The notes below the pieces were generated by a model. That model searched no databases and was not told the origin of the DNA. It saw only the letters and a program-made list of their open reading frames with translations. The translations under genes and the position numbers were made by a program. A stretch of 64,000 nucleotides of DNA from NCBI GenBank assembly GCA_030390025.1, contig CM059425.1, forward strand, positions 260,896,001 through 260,960,000, in the 5' to 3' direction. Shown one piece after another: positions 23,796-35,700 of this stretch; within the stretch, counting starts at the first letter, position 1, and each line of letters begins with the position of its first letter. Source of the stretch: Squalus acanthias. Its lineage: Eukaryota.

Positions 23796-26700
23796 CTGTG
23801 GACAAAACAAGACCAATTAAAATGAGCCGTGTGAACTATAAAATAAGAGCACTTTCAGCACCTCCATACACAACCAGCAGCTGTTTAAATAGCATTCCCT
23901 GCGCATTTCAAAATAGATTTGATAGCCGATTTTAATGAATACTTTGCATGTGTTTTCACAAAAGAGAGGGACGATGCAGAAATTGCAATCAGGGAGGAGG
24001 AGTGTGAAATATCGGATGAAATAAACATAGTGAAAGAGGAAGTATTAAGGGGTTTAGCATCTTTGAAGGTGGATAAATCCCAAGGCCCGGATGAAATGTA
24101 TCCCAGACTGTTAAGAGAAGTAAGAGAGGAAATAGCAGAGGCTCTGACAATCATTTTCCAATCCTCTCTGGCTACAGGTGTGGTGCCGGAGGACTGGAGG
24201 ACTGCTAACGTTGTACTCTTGTTTAAAAAGGGAGAAAGGGATAGACCGAGTAATTACAGGCCAGTCAGCCTAACCTCGGTGGTGGGAAAATTATTGGAAA
24301 AAATTCTGAGGGACAGGATAAATCTTCATTTAGAAAGACACAGATTAATCAGGGACATGAGGGAGATCATGGATTTGTTAAGGGAAGGTCGTGTCTGACT
24401 AACATGATTGAACTTTTTGAGGAGGTAACAAGGAGGGTAGATGAGTGTAGTGCATTTGATGTAGTCTATATGGATTTTAGCAAGGCTTTTGATAAGGTCC
24501 CACATGGCAGACTGGTCATGAAAGTAAAAACCCATGGGATCCAGGGCAAAGTGGCAAGTTGGATCCAAAATTGGCTCAGAGGCAGGAAACAGAGGGTAAT
24601 GGTCGAAGGGTGTTTTTGTGACTGGAAGGCTGTTTCCAGTGGGGTTCCGCAGGGATCAGTACTGGGACCTTTGCTTTTTGTGGTATATGTCAATGATTTG
24701 GACTTGAATGTAGGAAGTATGATTAAGAAGTTTGCAGATGATACAAAAATTGGCCGTGTGGTTGATAATGAAGAAGAAAGCTGTAGACTGCAGGAAGATA
24801 TCAATGGACTGGTCAGGTGGGCAGAACAGTGGCAAATGGAATTCAATCCAGAGAAGTATGAGGTAATGCATTTGGGGAGGGCTAACAAGGAAAGGGAATA
24901 CACTGTAAATGGTAGGGCACTGAGTAGTGTAGAGGAACAAAGGGACCTTGGACTGCATGTCCACAGATCCCTGAAGGTAGCAGGCCAAGTAGATAGGTGG
25001 TTAAGAAGGCATACGGAATGCTTGCCTTTATTAGCCGAGGCATAGAATATAAGAGCAGGGAGGTTGTGCTTGAACGGTATAAAATACTAGTTAGGCCACA
25101 GATAGAATACTGCGTGCAGTTCTGGTCACCACATTACAGGAAGGATGTAATTGCACGCGAGAGGTTGCAGAGGAGATTTATGAAGATGTTGCCTGGGCTG
25201 GGGAATTTTAGTTATGAGAAAAGATTGGATAGGTTGGGGTTGTTTTATTTGGAACAGAGGAGGCTGAGGGGAGACTTAATTGAGGTGTATAAAATTATGA
25301 GGGGCCTAGATCGAGTGGACAGGAAGGACCTATTTCCTTTAGCAGAGGGGTCGATAACCAGGGGGCACAGATTTAAAGTAATTGGTCGGAGGATTAGAGG
25401 GGAGTTGAGGGGAATTTTTTTCACCCAGAGTGTAGTGGGGTTCTGGAACTCACTGCCTGAAAGGGTGGTAGAGGCAGAAACTCCCATCACATTTAAAAAG
25501 TACTTGGATATGCACTTGAAGTGCCGTAACCAACAAGGCTACGGACCAAGTGCTGGAAAGTGGGATTAGGCTGGATAGCTCTTTGTCGGCAGGCATGGAC
25601 ATGATGGGCCAAATGGCCTCCTTCTGTGCTGTAAATTTCTATGATTCTATGATGATCCCAGCTGGGGCTGCAGTAGGGGCTCTCCAGTTGGTCTAAGTGA
25701 AACTGGGATAGGGAGAGGAAACATTGCCCAGGGATCCTGCTCCTGCTTGTATCCAGCAACCACTGCTGGACGTGTACTGTGTGATCATTGGCTCAACTCG
25801 GATGGCTCAGTGTTTGAATCACCTGCCAACACACACTGTCCAAGGCTCACCCATGAATCGGGCTTCAGGCATTTAAAGGCAAGAGTCTCCCAGCAATATT
25901 ACATACCTGGTTTTGTCCCTGAATAAAATGATGCACATCACGAAAAGGGCAAGGAGTTTCACTCCAAGTGGAATGCACAATATCGCAATGGGGAAAGCCT
26001 CTGCAACTGAACAGAAAGTGAGAGATCAAATCGGAGACAAATAAAGGTGAGACACCAACAATGCAGCGACAATTAATCAAAGCCTGTAGACAAGTGTGAA
26101 TCTTGACTGCAAGGCAGAAATATTGTGGTGATGGAGATGAGCTAGGCAAAGAGTATGGACTGTCAATGAAGAACGACAAATGGAGAGTACAAATAATATA
26201 GTATCTCACAGTGACGGGTTAATACTGTAGTATTTACGGTGACTAGGGTTAATACTGTAGTATATCACAATCACAGGGCTAAATATTGTAATGCTCGTAG
26301 TGAAATAAATAATTTCTGTAGTATTTAGCAAAATGGTTAAATACTGTGATGGATGAATACTGTAGTACTCAGTGACGGGGTGAATACAAGAGTACTCACA
26401 GTGACAGAGGCAAATACAAGAGTACTCACAGTGACAGAGGCAAATACAAGAGTACTCACAGTGACAGAGGCAAATACAAGAGTACTCACAGTGACAGAGG
26501 CAAATACAAGAGTACTCACAGTGACAGAGGCAAATACAAGAGTACTCACAGTGACAGAGGCAAATACAAGAGTACTCACAGTGACAGAGGCAAATACAAG
26601 AGTACTCACAGTGACAGAGGCAAATACAAGAGTACTCACAGTGACAGAGGCAAATACAAGAGTACTCACAGTGACAGAGGCAAATACAAGAGTACTCACA

Positions 26701-29700
26701 GTGACAGAGGCAAATACTATGTTGATACATCCCTGGCCTCTTATTTACTGGGCAGGTGATTGGTGGCTGGTGCGCTGGGTGAGACCACATGTACCGACCC
26801 TACGACCGGAGGAAGGGGGACCTCACCGGTTATACTGGCCCTTATAAAGGGGGCCAAGAGGGGGAATTGTTCATCGGGTGGGGTGGGGGTTAGCTCCGGC
26901 ATCTCACCCAGAACCAGCGCATTGGTCCTCTACGCAGTCTCCTTCGGCTGGAGGGCGCCTATGGTTTTACCCCATCATGTCGCGGGCACCCGCCTGTCAT
27001 GTTTAAATGGAGGACCACCCACCGACGCTGCGCATTTCAATAGAGCCCAGGGGGATTTTAGGCCCCAGTGCCCCCAAAATGGGAGCGTTTGGAAGGAACT
27101 GATGGATTCGGTCAGTTAGGAAAAAGAAGTGCTTGCATTTATATAGCGGCTTTCACAACCTCGGGACATCACAAAGCGCTTTACAGCCAATGAAGTATCT
27201 TTTGAAGTGTAGTCAGCTGTGGCTCAGTGGGTAGCACACTCGCCTCTGAGTCATGAAGGTTGTGGGTTCAAGTCCCACTCCAGGGACTTGAGCACATAAA
27301 GCTAGGCTGACGCTCCAGTGTGGTACTGAGAGAGTGCTGCACTGTCGGAGGTGCCGTCATTCAGGTGAGACCTTAAACCGAGGCCCTGTCTGCTCTCTCA
27401 GGTGGATGTAAAGGATCCCATGGCCACTATTTCAAAGAAGAGCAGGGGAGTTTTCCCTGGTGTCCTGGCTAACATAACAAAAACAGATTATCTGGTCATT
27501 ATCACATTGCTGTTTGTGGGAGCTTGCTGTGCGCAAATTGGCTGCTGAGTTTCCCACATTACAACAGTGACTGTACTTCATTGACTGTAAAGCGCTTTGG
27601 GACGTCTGGTGGTCATGAAAGGTGCTATAGAAATGCAAGTCTTTCTTTTAGTCACTGTTTTGATGTAGGGCACCAATTTGCGCACAGCAAGCTCCCACAA
27701 ACACTAATGTGATAAATGAGCAGATAATCTCTTTTTTACTTTTTTTTTGAGGGATAAATGCTGGCCAGGACACCGGGGAGCACTCACTGCTCTTCAGAAT
27801 AGTGCAGTGGGATCTTTTACATCCACCTGAGGGGGCAGATGGGGCCCCGTTTTAACGTCTCATCTGAAAAACGTCAGTACTGCACCGGGAATGCCAGCCT
27901 AGATTATAGTCAAGTGTCTGGAGTGAGATGTGACAACTCGACCTTTTGACTCAGAGGCGAGAGTGCTACCCACTGAGCCAGGCTGATGAGTGTTTTCTGT
28001 TACACCGCTGGCTCCTCACTGTACAACCTCGATACACTGGAGAATGTGGGAATGGCTTCTTACCATGTATCACCTCCAGCCGTGTCTCATTCTGGATCAG
28101 ATGTTGATAATCGTCCCATTTCTTGTACTCCACCAGACACAGGTAAGTGTGGCTGTCCTTCACGCTCAGCTGGTTTATCCTGGTTGAGGCGTTTCCCTCC
28201 TCTGGTTTCCCGACTAGCTCGTACCGATTTCCACCGTTTACAGTTGTCCAAGATCCGTTTGATTGGGCTGTAAATGTGACTACGTGTTGGTAGGGCTCCT
28301 TCCTCATCCATGTAACAGTGCTCAGGGTGGTGTAGTCGCTGGACCTTGTGAACATACAGGGCAGTGTAACCGAAGCTCCCTCGGTCCCACTCACCACTGA
28401 GACACTTCCACTAGCAGCTGAGGAAAGGACAAACATCAGAATGAGTCAGTGTCTTGATGAGAACTTTAATTTATTTTAGTTCAGAGCTCTCCCTGTGGCC
28501 TTCCTCAGAGCACAAGGCTGGTCAATGAGTGGCAATGGACTATTTGACTGTGGAGAGCATCACAGGCAGGCCCAATGTCCAAGAACACAGCTTCCAGCAG
28601 GAGTCACTGGAGCGTTATCAGGAGCAGGAACCCCGGCCAATATCCCCCCCCCCCCCCCTTCATAGCCCGGGGCTGCTGAAAGTTTATTGATCCGTGTGGC
28701 TCAGGACCGGACCAGGTGGAGCCTTTACCCATTGAGCTATCGGAGCAGCTCCAGCCCCTGAACATTGTTCCTCACCTCTCACACTCAGACTCGGAATCGT
28801 TGTCCACGGTGTTTGAAAACCGCCAATATTGAGCAGCACTCGACACCGATATTCACCGCTGTCCGCCGGGCTCAGCCGCTCCATCATTATCGAGATATCC
28901 TTGTTGCTGAGGTTCCCCACGAATCTGAATCGATTCCCGCCGTCCTGCTGTATCACATTCTCACACAGCTCGGCCCGTGAATGGTCCAGACCAGAATATG
29001 TACAGTTAAAAATAACCCGGTGAAACCCCGAGTCACCTTTGTACCACATCACAGTGCCGGTGAGCGTGCGATCAGGGTATGGGTGGGTGAAACTGCACGG
29101 CAAGACAGCGGACCCCCCTTCCTCAGCAGTCACTGCATCCGCGCCGCTCATTGTCCAACCATTGAAAGAAAACTCTGTGGGGAGAGAGAGACAACATTAG
29201 AACAGCACGGGGGCAGACATCAGTGTTTCAAAAACACACTGCCTGACAATATACTGAGTCTGTGATATAGTGACAACAGATATAAGAGGGGGGATTTTTC
29301 GGGGGTCAGCGGGCGCGTTCGGTGCCGGGTCGAGTGGGGAATTTTTTTTTCTGACAGCGGGTCGGGACCCTGCTGTCAACCCGCTGCCACCCGCCTTTCC
29401 CAGATTTCGGGTCTGTCAGGGCTGCGGAGGAGGCAATTCAGGTCATTATGATCTTGTTAACAGCCCATTAAGAAGTATTTTGAGCTCGGCTTTACATTTT
29501 ACGAAGTCGCCCAGGGAGTCCATGCTGCTCGGGGTTCACGCCAGGTAAGCAGGTAGGGAGTTGTGTTACCATGATATGATCGCTTTACTTAACAGCACCA
29601 ACAACAACACTAACCTTCTCTTAACTGATGCTGCACAGGACAGAGGACATCAGCACCCGACCACATTGCTGCCCGGGAGGCCAGGGATGGCCTCACTATG

Positions 29701-32700
29701 GCCAGATTTACTTCACTTGACTCTGAACACCCTGGCTGCCACATGATGTGCCCTGTTAGCACCATCCCACACCAACACCATAAAGCATCCCTACAATGTC
29801 CCAAGCCATTCCTTTCACACTTATTACCATTGCGGGGGGTACCGTTATGTCTCATCATTCACTGCAACTCACTAAGCCACTTCCAAAGGTGGACAGAAAT
29901 CTGTCCAAGAATGCAAAGTGTTGAAAATAAAGATTTCAATGTTTGACAGCACATTAACAGAAACTTCACACGAATATTGGCTAAAACACCCAAGTGCCTA
30001 CCCTTGTGTGTTGTTAGTTGGTATGATTGCACTAGGATGAGGGTGAGTGTGAGGGGTGCCTAGTGAGATGGGGAAGTGATAATGTAGATAGAGAGGGATG
30101 GGTGGGGGTGCAAGGTAAGTTGGTGTGAGTAAGGATGTGCAGGAGTAGGGTAAGGAAGGCAGAGTGATGGGGATGTGATGAGTGGCACAGCAGGATGAGG
30201 TTGAGTGTGGCTTGGCAGTAACATTTCGTGATCTACTGAGATCATTGAAAGGTTTGCGCCACTGCAGCCTGGTCCTCCTGACAACATCCCTGCTTGTGTC
30301 CTCCTGTACAATGTGCAACCAGGCTGCGTTGGTCTCCTGGGGAGGTGTCTTCTGCCCATGGGAAGGGAAGTTGACTTCCCTGCATGCTGTAACTCCCTCC
30401 ATAAGCATATGGAGGGAGTCACGGGAGAGCCATGCTGCGGCCTTGCACCTCTGTGCAGTGCTTGTCAGTGTTTGCAGCATCTCAATGCTGTAGAACACTG
30501 ACAGCGCAAATGTCAAAAGCAATTTGCGCATGGTCCCTTTAAGGAAACTGCCTGATGATGTGTCATCAAATGACATCATCAGACCCGCTTCCTTCAATTG
30601 GCCAGGAAATGTGCTGGGCGGGCTTAACAAGCCCAATCAGGGGGAAGTCATTCTACAGAGTGGGCTGGAGCCAGCAGCGAGGTCGGGACCCACCAGCGAC
30701 CCTGGCCGCATCGGATCCGCCGAGGTAGGGCAAATCGCGGCCAACATCACATGGTCAGATTGGGATGGTTTATACATGGATATCGGACACTGTGTAGTGA
30801 GTTACAGTCTGGAATCTAATCGAGGGGTTCAGATGGTTTATATATAGAATAATGGATACCTGGGAGTGAGTTACAGTCTGGAATCTAATCGAGGGGTTTG
30901 GGTGGTTTACTTATAGAATAATGTCTACCTGGGAGTGAGTTACAGTCTGGAATCTAATCGAGGGGTTCAGATGGTTTATTTATAGAATAATGGATACCTG
31001 GGAGTGAGTTACAGTCTGGAATCTAATCGAGGGGTTCGGGTGGTTTATTTATAGAATAATGGATACCTGGGAGTGATTTACAGTCTGGAATCTAATCGAG
31101 GGGTTCGGGTGGTTTATTTATAGAATAATGGATACCTGGGAGTGAGTTACAGTCTGGAATCTAATCGATGGGTTCGGGTGGTTTATTTATAGAATAATGG
31201 ATACCTGGGAGTGAGTTACAGTCTGGAATCTAATCGAGGGGTTTGGGTGGTTTATTTATAGAATAATGGATACCTGGGAGTGATTTACAGTCTGGAATCT
31301 AATCAAGGGGTTCGGGTGGTTTATATATAGAATAATGGATACCTGGGAGTGAGTTACAGTCTGGAATCTAATCAAGGGGTTCGGGTGGTTTATATATAGA
31401 ATAATGGATACCTGGGAGTGAGTTACAGTCTGGAATCTAATCGAGGGGTTTGGGTGGTTTATGTATAGAATAATGGATACCTGGGAGTGAGTTACAGTCT
31501 GGAATCTAATCGAGGGGTTCGGGTGGTTTATTTATAGAATAATAGATACCTGGGAGTGAGTTACAGTCTGGAATCTAATCAAGGGGTTCAGATGGTTTAT
31601 TTATAGAATAATGGATACCTGGGAGTGAGTTACTGTCTGGAATCTAATCGAGAGGTTTGGGTGGTTTATGTATAGAATAATGGATACCTGGGAGTGAGTT
31701 ACAGTCTGGAATCTAATCGAGGGGTTCGGGTGCTTTATACACAGAACATTGGAACAGGAGGAGGCCATTGAGCCCCTCGAGCCTGTTCCTCCATTCAATG
31801 AGATCATGGCTGATCCGTGACCTAACTCCATATACCCACCTTTGGCCCATATCCCTTAATACCTTTAGTTAACAAAAAGCTATCAATCATAAGAACATAA
31901 GAAATAGGAGCAGGAGTCGGCTATTTGGCCCCTCGAGCCTGCTCAGCCATTCAATAAGATCATGGCTGATCTTCTACCTCATCTCCACTTTCTTGCACTA
32001 TCCCCAAATTCCTTGATTCCCTTAATATCCAAAAATCTATCGATCTCTGTCTTGAATATACTCAATGCCAGGAGCAGAACCAGCGGACCTGAGCGGAACT
32101 GGAGTGGCAGTGGGAGCAGAATAAAGAGCACGGTGAAAGGAGGCTTGAGAGCAGAGCCAGCGGGGAGGAGCAGCGAGGCTCCGATTCAATAACAAAAAAA
32201 TCAAAGTGTGAGTAACAGGTAAGCAGGTAGGTGATTGGTGGTGAGTATTTCTTTTCTCTCAGGACTGAGGGCTAAGTTACAGTAAAGACCTATAGCATAT
32301 AACTACATTTATAACTAACTCAACTTATTTTAATAAATTTAATAAATTAAACAAGGTTATTACCTGGTTTACCTAGATTAAAAACTATAAATACACAATT
32401 CATTGATATTGATGTAATTAATTAAATAAAATACAATAGAGATGGCAGGGCAGGCGATGTGTTGCAGCTGTAACATGTGGGAGCTGGTGGACACCAGTGT
32501 GATCCAGGGCGACCACATCTGCAGTAAGTGTCTGCAGCTCGAGGAACTTCGGCTCAGAGTTGATGGGCTGGAGTCTGAGCTGCAGACATTGCGATACATC
32601 AGGGAGGGAGAAAGTTACCTGGACACTTTGTTCCAGGAGGCAGTCACACCCCTTAGGTTAAATACTTCAGATTTGGTCCGTGGTCAGAGACAGGAGGGTG

Positions 32701-35700
32701 TGACTGCAAGTGAGGCAGGTATGGGAATCCAGAAGGTAGCATTGGAGGAGCCTCAGCCCTTGCACTTGTCCAACAGGTACGAGGTACTTCCTCCCTGTGT
32801 GGACGAGAGCAGGGACTGCAGGGAGGATGAGAAAACTGACCACAGCACCGTGGTACAGGGGGCCATTCAAGTTGGGGGAGTAAAAAGTAATGTAGTCTTG
32901 ATAGGGGACAGTATAGTTAGGGGGATAGATACTGTTCTCTGCAGCCGAGAGTGTGAGTTCCGAAGGCTGTGTTGCCTGCCCGGTGCCAGGGTTAAGGATA
33001 TATCCTCTGCGCTGGAGAGGAATTTGGAGTGGGAGGGGAAAGATCCAGTTGTCGTGGTCCACTTAGGTAACAAATACATAGGTAGGACTAAGAAAGAGGT
33101 TCTGCTGAGGGAGTATGAGCAGCTGGGGACTAAATTTAAAAAGTAGAACCACAAAAGGTAATAATCTCTGGATTACTACCTGAGCCACGAGCAAATTTGA
33201 ATAGGGTAAATAAGATCTGAGAGATGAATGCGTGGCTCAAAGATTGGTGTGGGAGAAATGGGTTTCGATTCATGGGGCACAGTACTGGGGAAAGAGAGAG
33301 CTGTTCCGTTGGAATGGCTTTCACTTGAACCGTGCTGGGACCAGTTTCCTGGCGAATCGAATAACTAGGGCTGTAGATAGTGCTTTAAACTAAATAGTGG
33401 GGAAGAGGGTTCAGGTGAGGGGAAACTTAAAAAGTCAAAGAGGAAGGAGAAGGCAATAGTGCAGGGTAGCAATAGGGATAATGATAACCAGAGTGTGACA
33501 GGAAGGGACAGAGCGTAAAAACATAAGAGTGCAGCAGAAAGTAGAGTCAGAGTAGGGAAAAATGGTAAAAAGACAAAATTAAAAGTGCTTTATCTGAATG
33601 CACACAGCATTCGTAACAAGATAAATGAATTGACGGCACTAATAGAAATAAATGGGTATGATCTGACAGCCATTATAGAGATGTGGTTGCAAGGTGACCA
33701 AGGCTGGGAACTGAACATTCAGGGGTATTTGACATTTTGAAAGGATAGGCAGAAAGGAAAAGGAGGTGGAATAGCTCTGTTAATAAAGGTTGAGATCAGT
33801 GCAGTAGTGAGAAATGATATTGGCTCAGAAGATCAAGATGTAGAATCAGTTTGGGTGGAGATAAGAAATAATAAGGGAAAGAAGTCACTGGTGGGAGTAG
33901 TCTATAGGCCCCCTAACAGTAGCTACGCTGTAGCACATAATCATGGGAGATTTAAATCTTCATATAGATTGGACAAATCAAATTGGCAAAGGTAGCTTTG
34001 AGGAAGAGTTCATAGAGTGTATTCGGGATGGTTTCTTAGAACAAAACGTTGTGGAACCAACCAGGAAGCAGGCTATTTTAGATCTGGTAATGTGTAATGA
34101 GATAGGATTAATTAATGATCTCATAGTAAAGGATCCTCTAGGGAAGAGTGATCATAGCATGATAGAATTTCACATTCAGTTTGAGGGTGAGAAACTTGCG
34201 TCTCAAACTAGCCTCCTGAACTTAAATAAAGGCAATTACAAAGGTATGAAGACAGAGTTGGCTAAAGTGGACTGGGAAAATAGATTAAAGGGTAAAACGG
34301 TAGATAAACAGTGGCAGACATTTAAGGAGATATTTCATAACTCTCAGCAAAGATATATTCCAGTGAGAAAGAAAGACTCTAAGAGAAGAATGAACCATCC
34401 ATGGCTAACTAAGGAAGCTAAGGATGGTATCAAATTGAAAACAAAGGCTTACAATGATGCGAAGATTAGTGGTAGGCCAGAGGATTGCGAAATTTTTAGA
34501 AACCAGCAAAGGACGACTAAAAAATAAAAGAGAGAGAAGATAGATTATGAGAGTAAACTTGTAATGGGATAAGCCATATTCCAAGAAATACATCATCCTA
34601 TGAACAGATTTTGATAACATTAATACATGACATACTGGGTTTAAAAGTCTGGAAAGCCTTGGCAACACAGGCTGCAAACACAAAACAAGCTTTGAAATAG
34701 GAATTGGTTTGTAAATACAGAGACAAAGCCCCTATTGAAGCAAACCATTGGTGCTTCCAGAATGTCTAGAGTTTGGAACAAAACAATAGCAATGTCCAAG
34801 TAAAGTGTCAAATCCTAACACGTCGAACAAGTGCACAGAACATTAAAAAAAACAACAGCCTTTGAAAAAATGACATCAAGTAAAAGAAATACCTGCCGTA
34901 AAATAGTTATATGTTAAACTTAGAAACAGGAAACAGGAAACACGATTAAATATGCAACCAATTGAAATAGCTAAGAAATGCAAAAAACACCCTGGTTGAA
35001 GCATTTTTGATTTACAAGTTGTAAAAGTTACAAATAGGAAGGCTTTGAAAATATAATATCAATAGATGACACCAAGCAATTACATTGTGTTTGTATTGAA
35101 CATGGAACACCACGGAGTCACGACGTCTGGCTTACAAGCAGTTAAGTGATTTTAAGAATTCAATAGAAAGACTTCCTAAGAATAGCATCAAATAGATAAA
35201 TCGACAATAACCATAAAAATGATAAGTTTTTGAAACACCTAAAGGTAGAGACAGAATTCTAAAAGTTGGCAGCTGAAATGACAGTAAGAATAGAAAAAAA
35301 TTCAATTAAGAATCACTAGAGATAATTAGCTTACATCAGCAGGAAACTTCAAAGAAAATACCACTAAAAAAAGGTATAAAAATAGAGCTTTTCAGATAGA
35401 GAGTCAGAAGTCGCTGGAAGGGCAAACGTTTCTCAACTTCACAGGCATGCTCTGTAAGTTTTCAACTCTGAGTCTCGGGTAATCACGGTATTTGATTTTG
35501 GTAGATATTCTGCATTAAGAAATAAGTAGAAGTGTGGAAATGTAACGAAGTTAAGATTTGAGAATAAGGATCTCTGATAAGAAATGTAAGCTATTTGTAT
35601 TTTGAATGGTTAAAGTCGTGATTGACTTATCAGCTGTTAACTGAATGACAGCTCTTAAATAAATCTATATATTTTTAGAATTGTCTCAAGTAGTATTTCT

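Larger units (their letters stand above)
15185..25787. repeat. Segmental (tandem) duplication, copy 1
   Basis: Colinear, near-identical match to ~49735-64000. It includes unique islands (17840-18050, 23432-23915) and the same TE junctions and disabling mutations. Confidence 0.92.

Noticed and set aside
26206-26847. Cys-rich (CHCEYSCICL)n and (TRVLTVTEAN)n ORFs resembling metallothionein or antifreeze repeats
   Set aside because: They are translations of a 30-bp minisatellite that is open in several frames, has no synonymous variation and lies in an intron.
27216-27290. tRNA-like A and B boxes
   Set aside because: This is the head of a SINE with a TSD, not a tRNA gene.
27966-29151. The two Ig ORFs as rearranging Ig/TCR V segments or single-exon genes
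   Set aside because: Both end in GT splice donors after a complete G strand, I saw no adjacent heptamer-nonamer RSS, and they splice in frame to a TM exon.
30797-31738. Regularly spaced repeats resembling a CRISPR array
   Set aside because: Head-to-tail tandem units with no unique spacers, in eukaryotic DNA with no cas genes.
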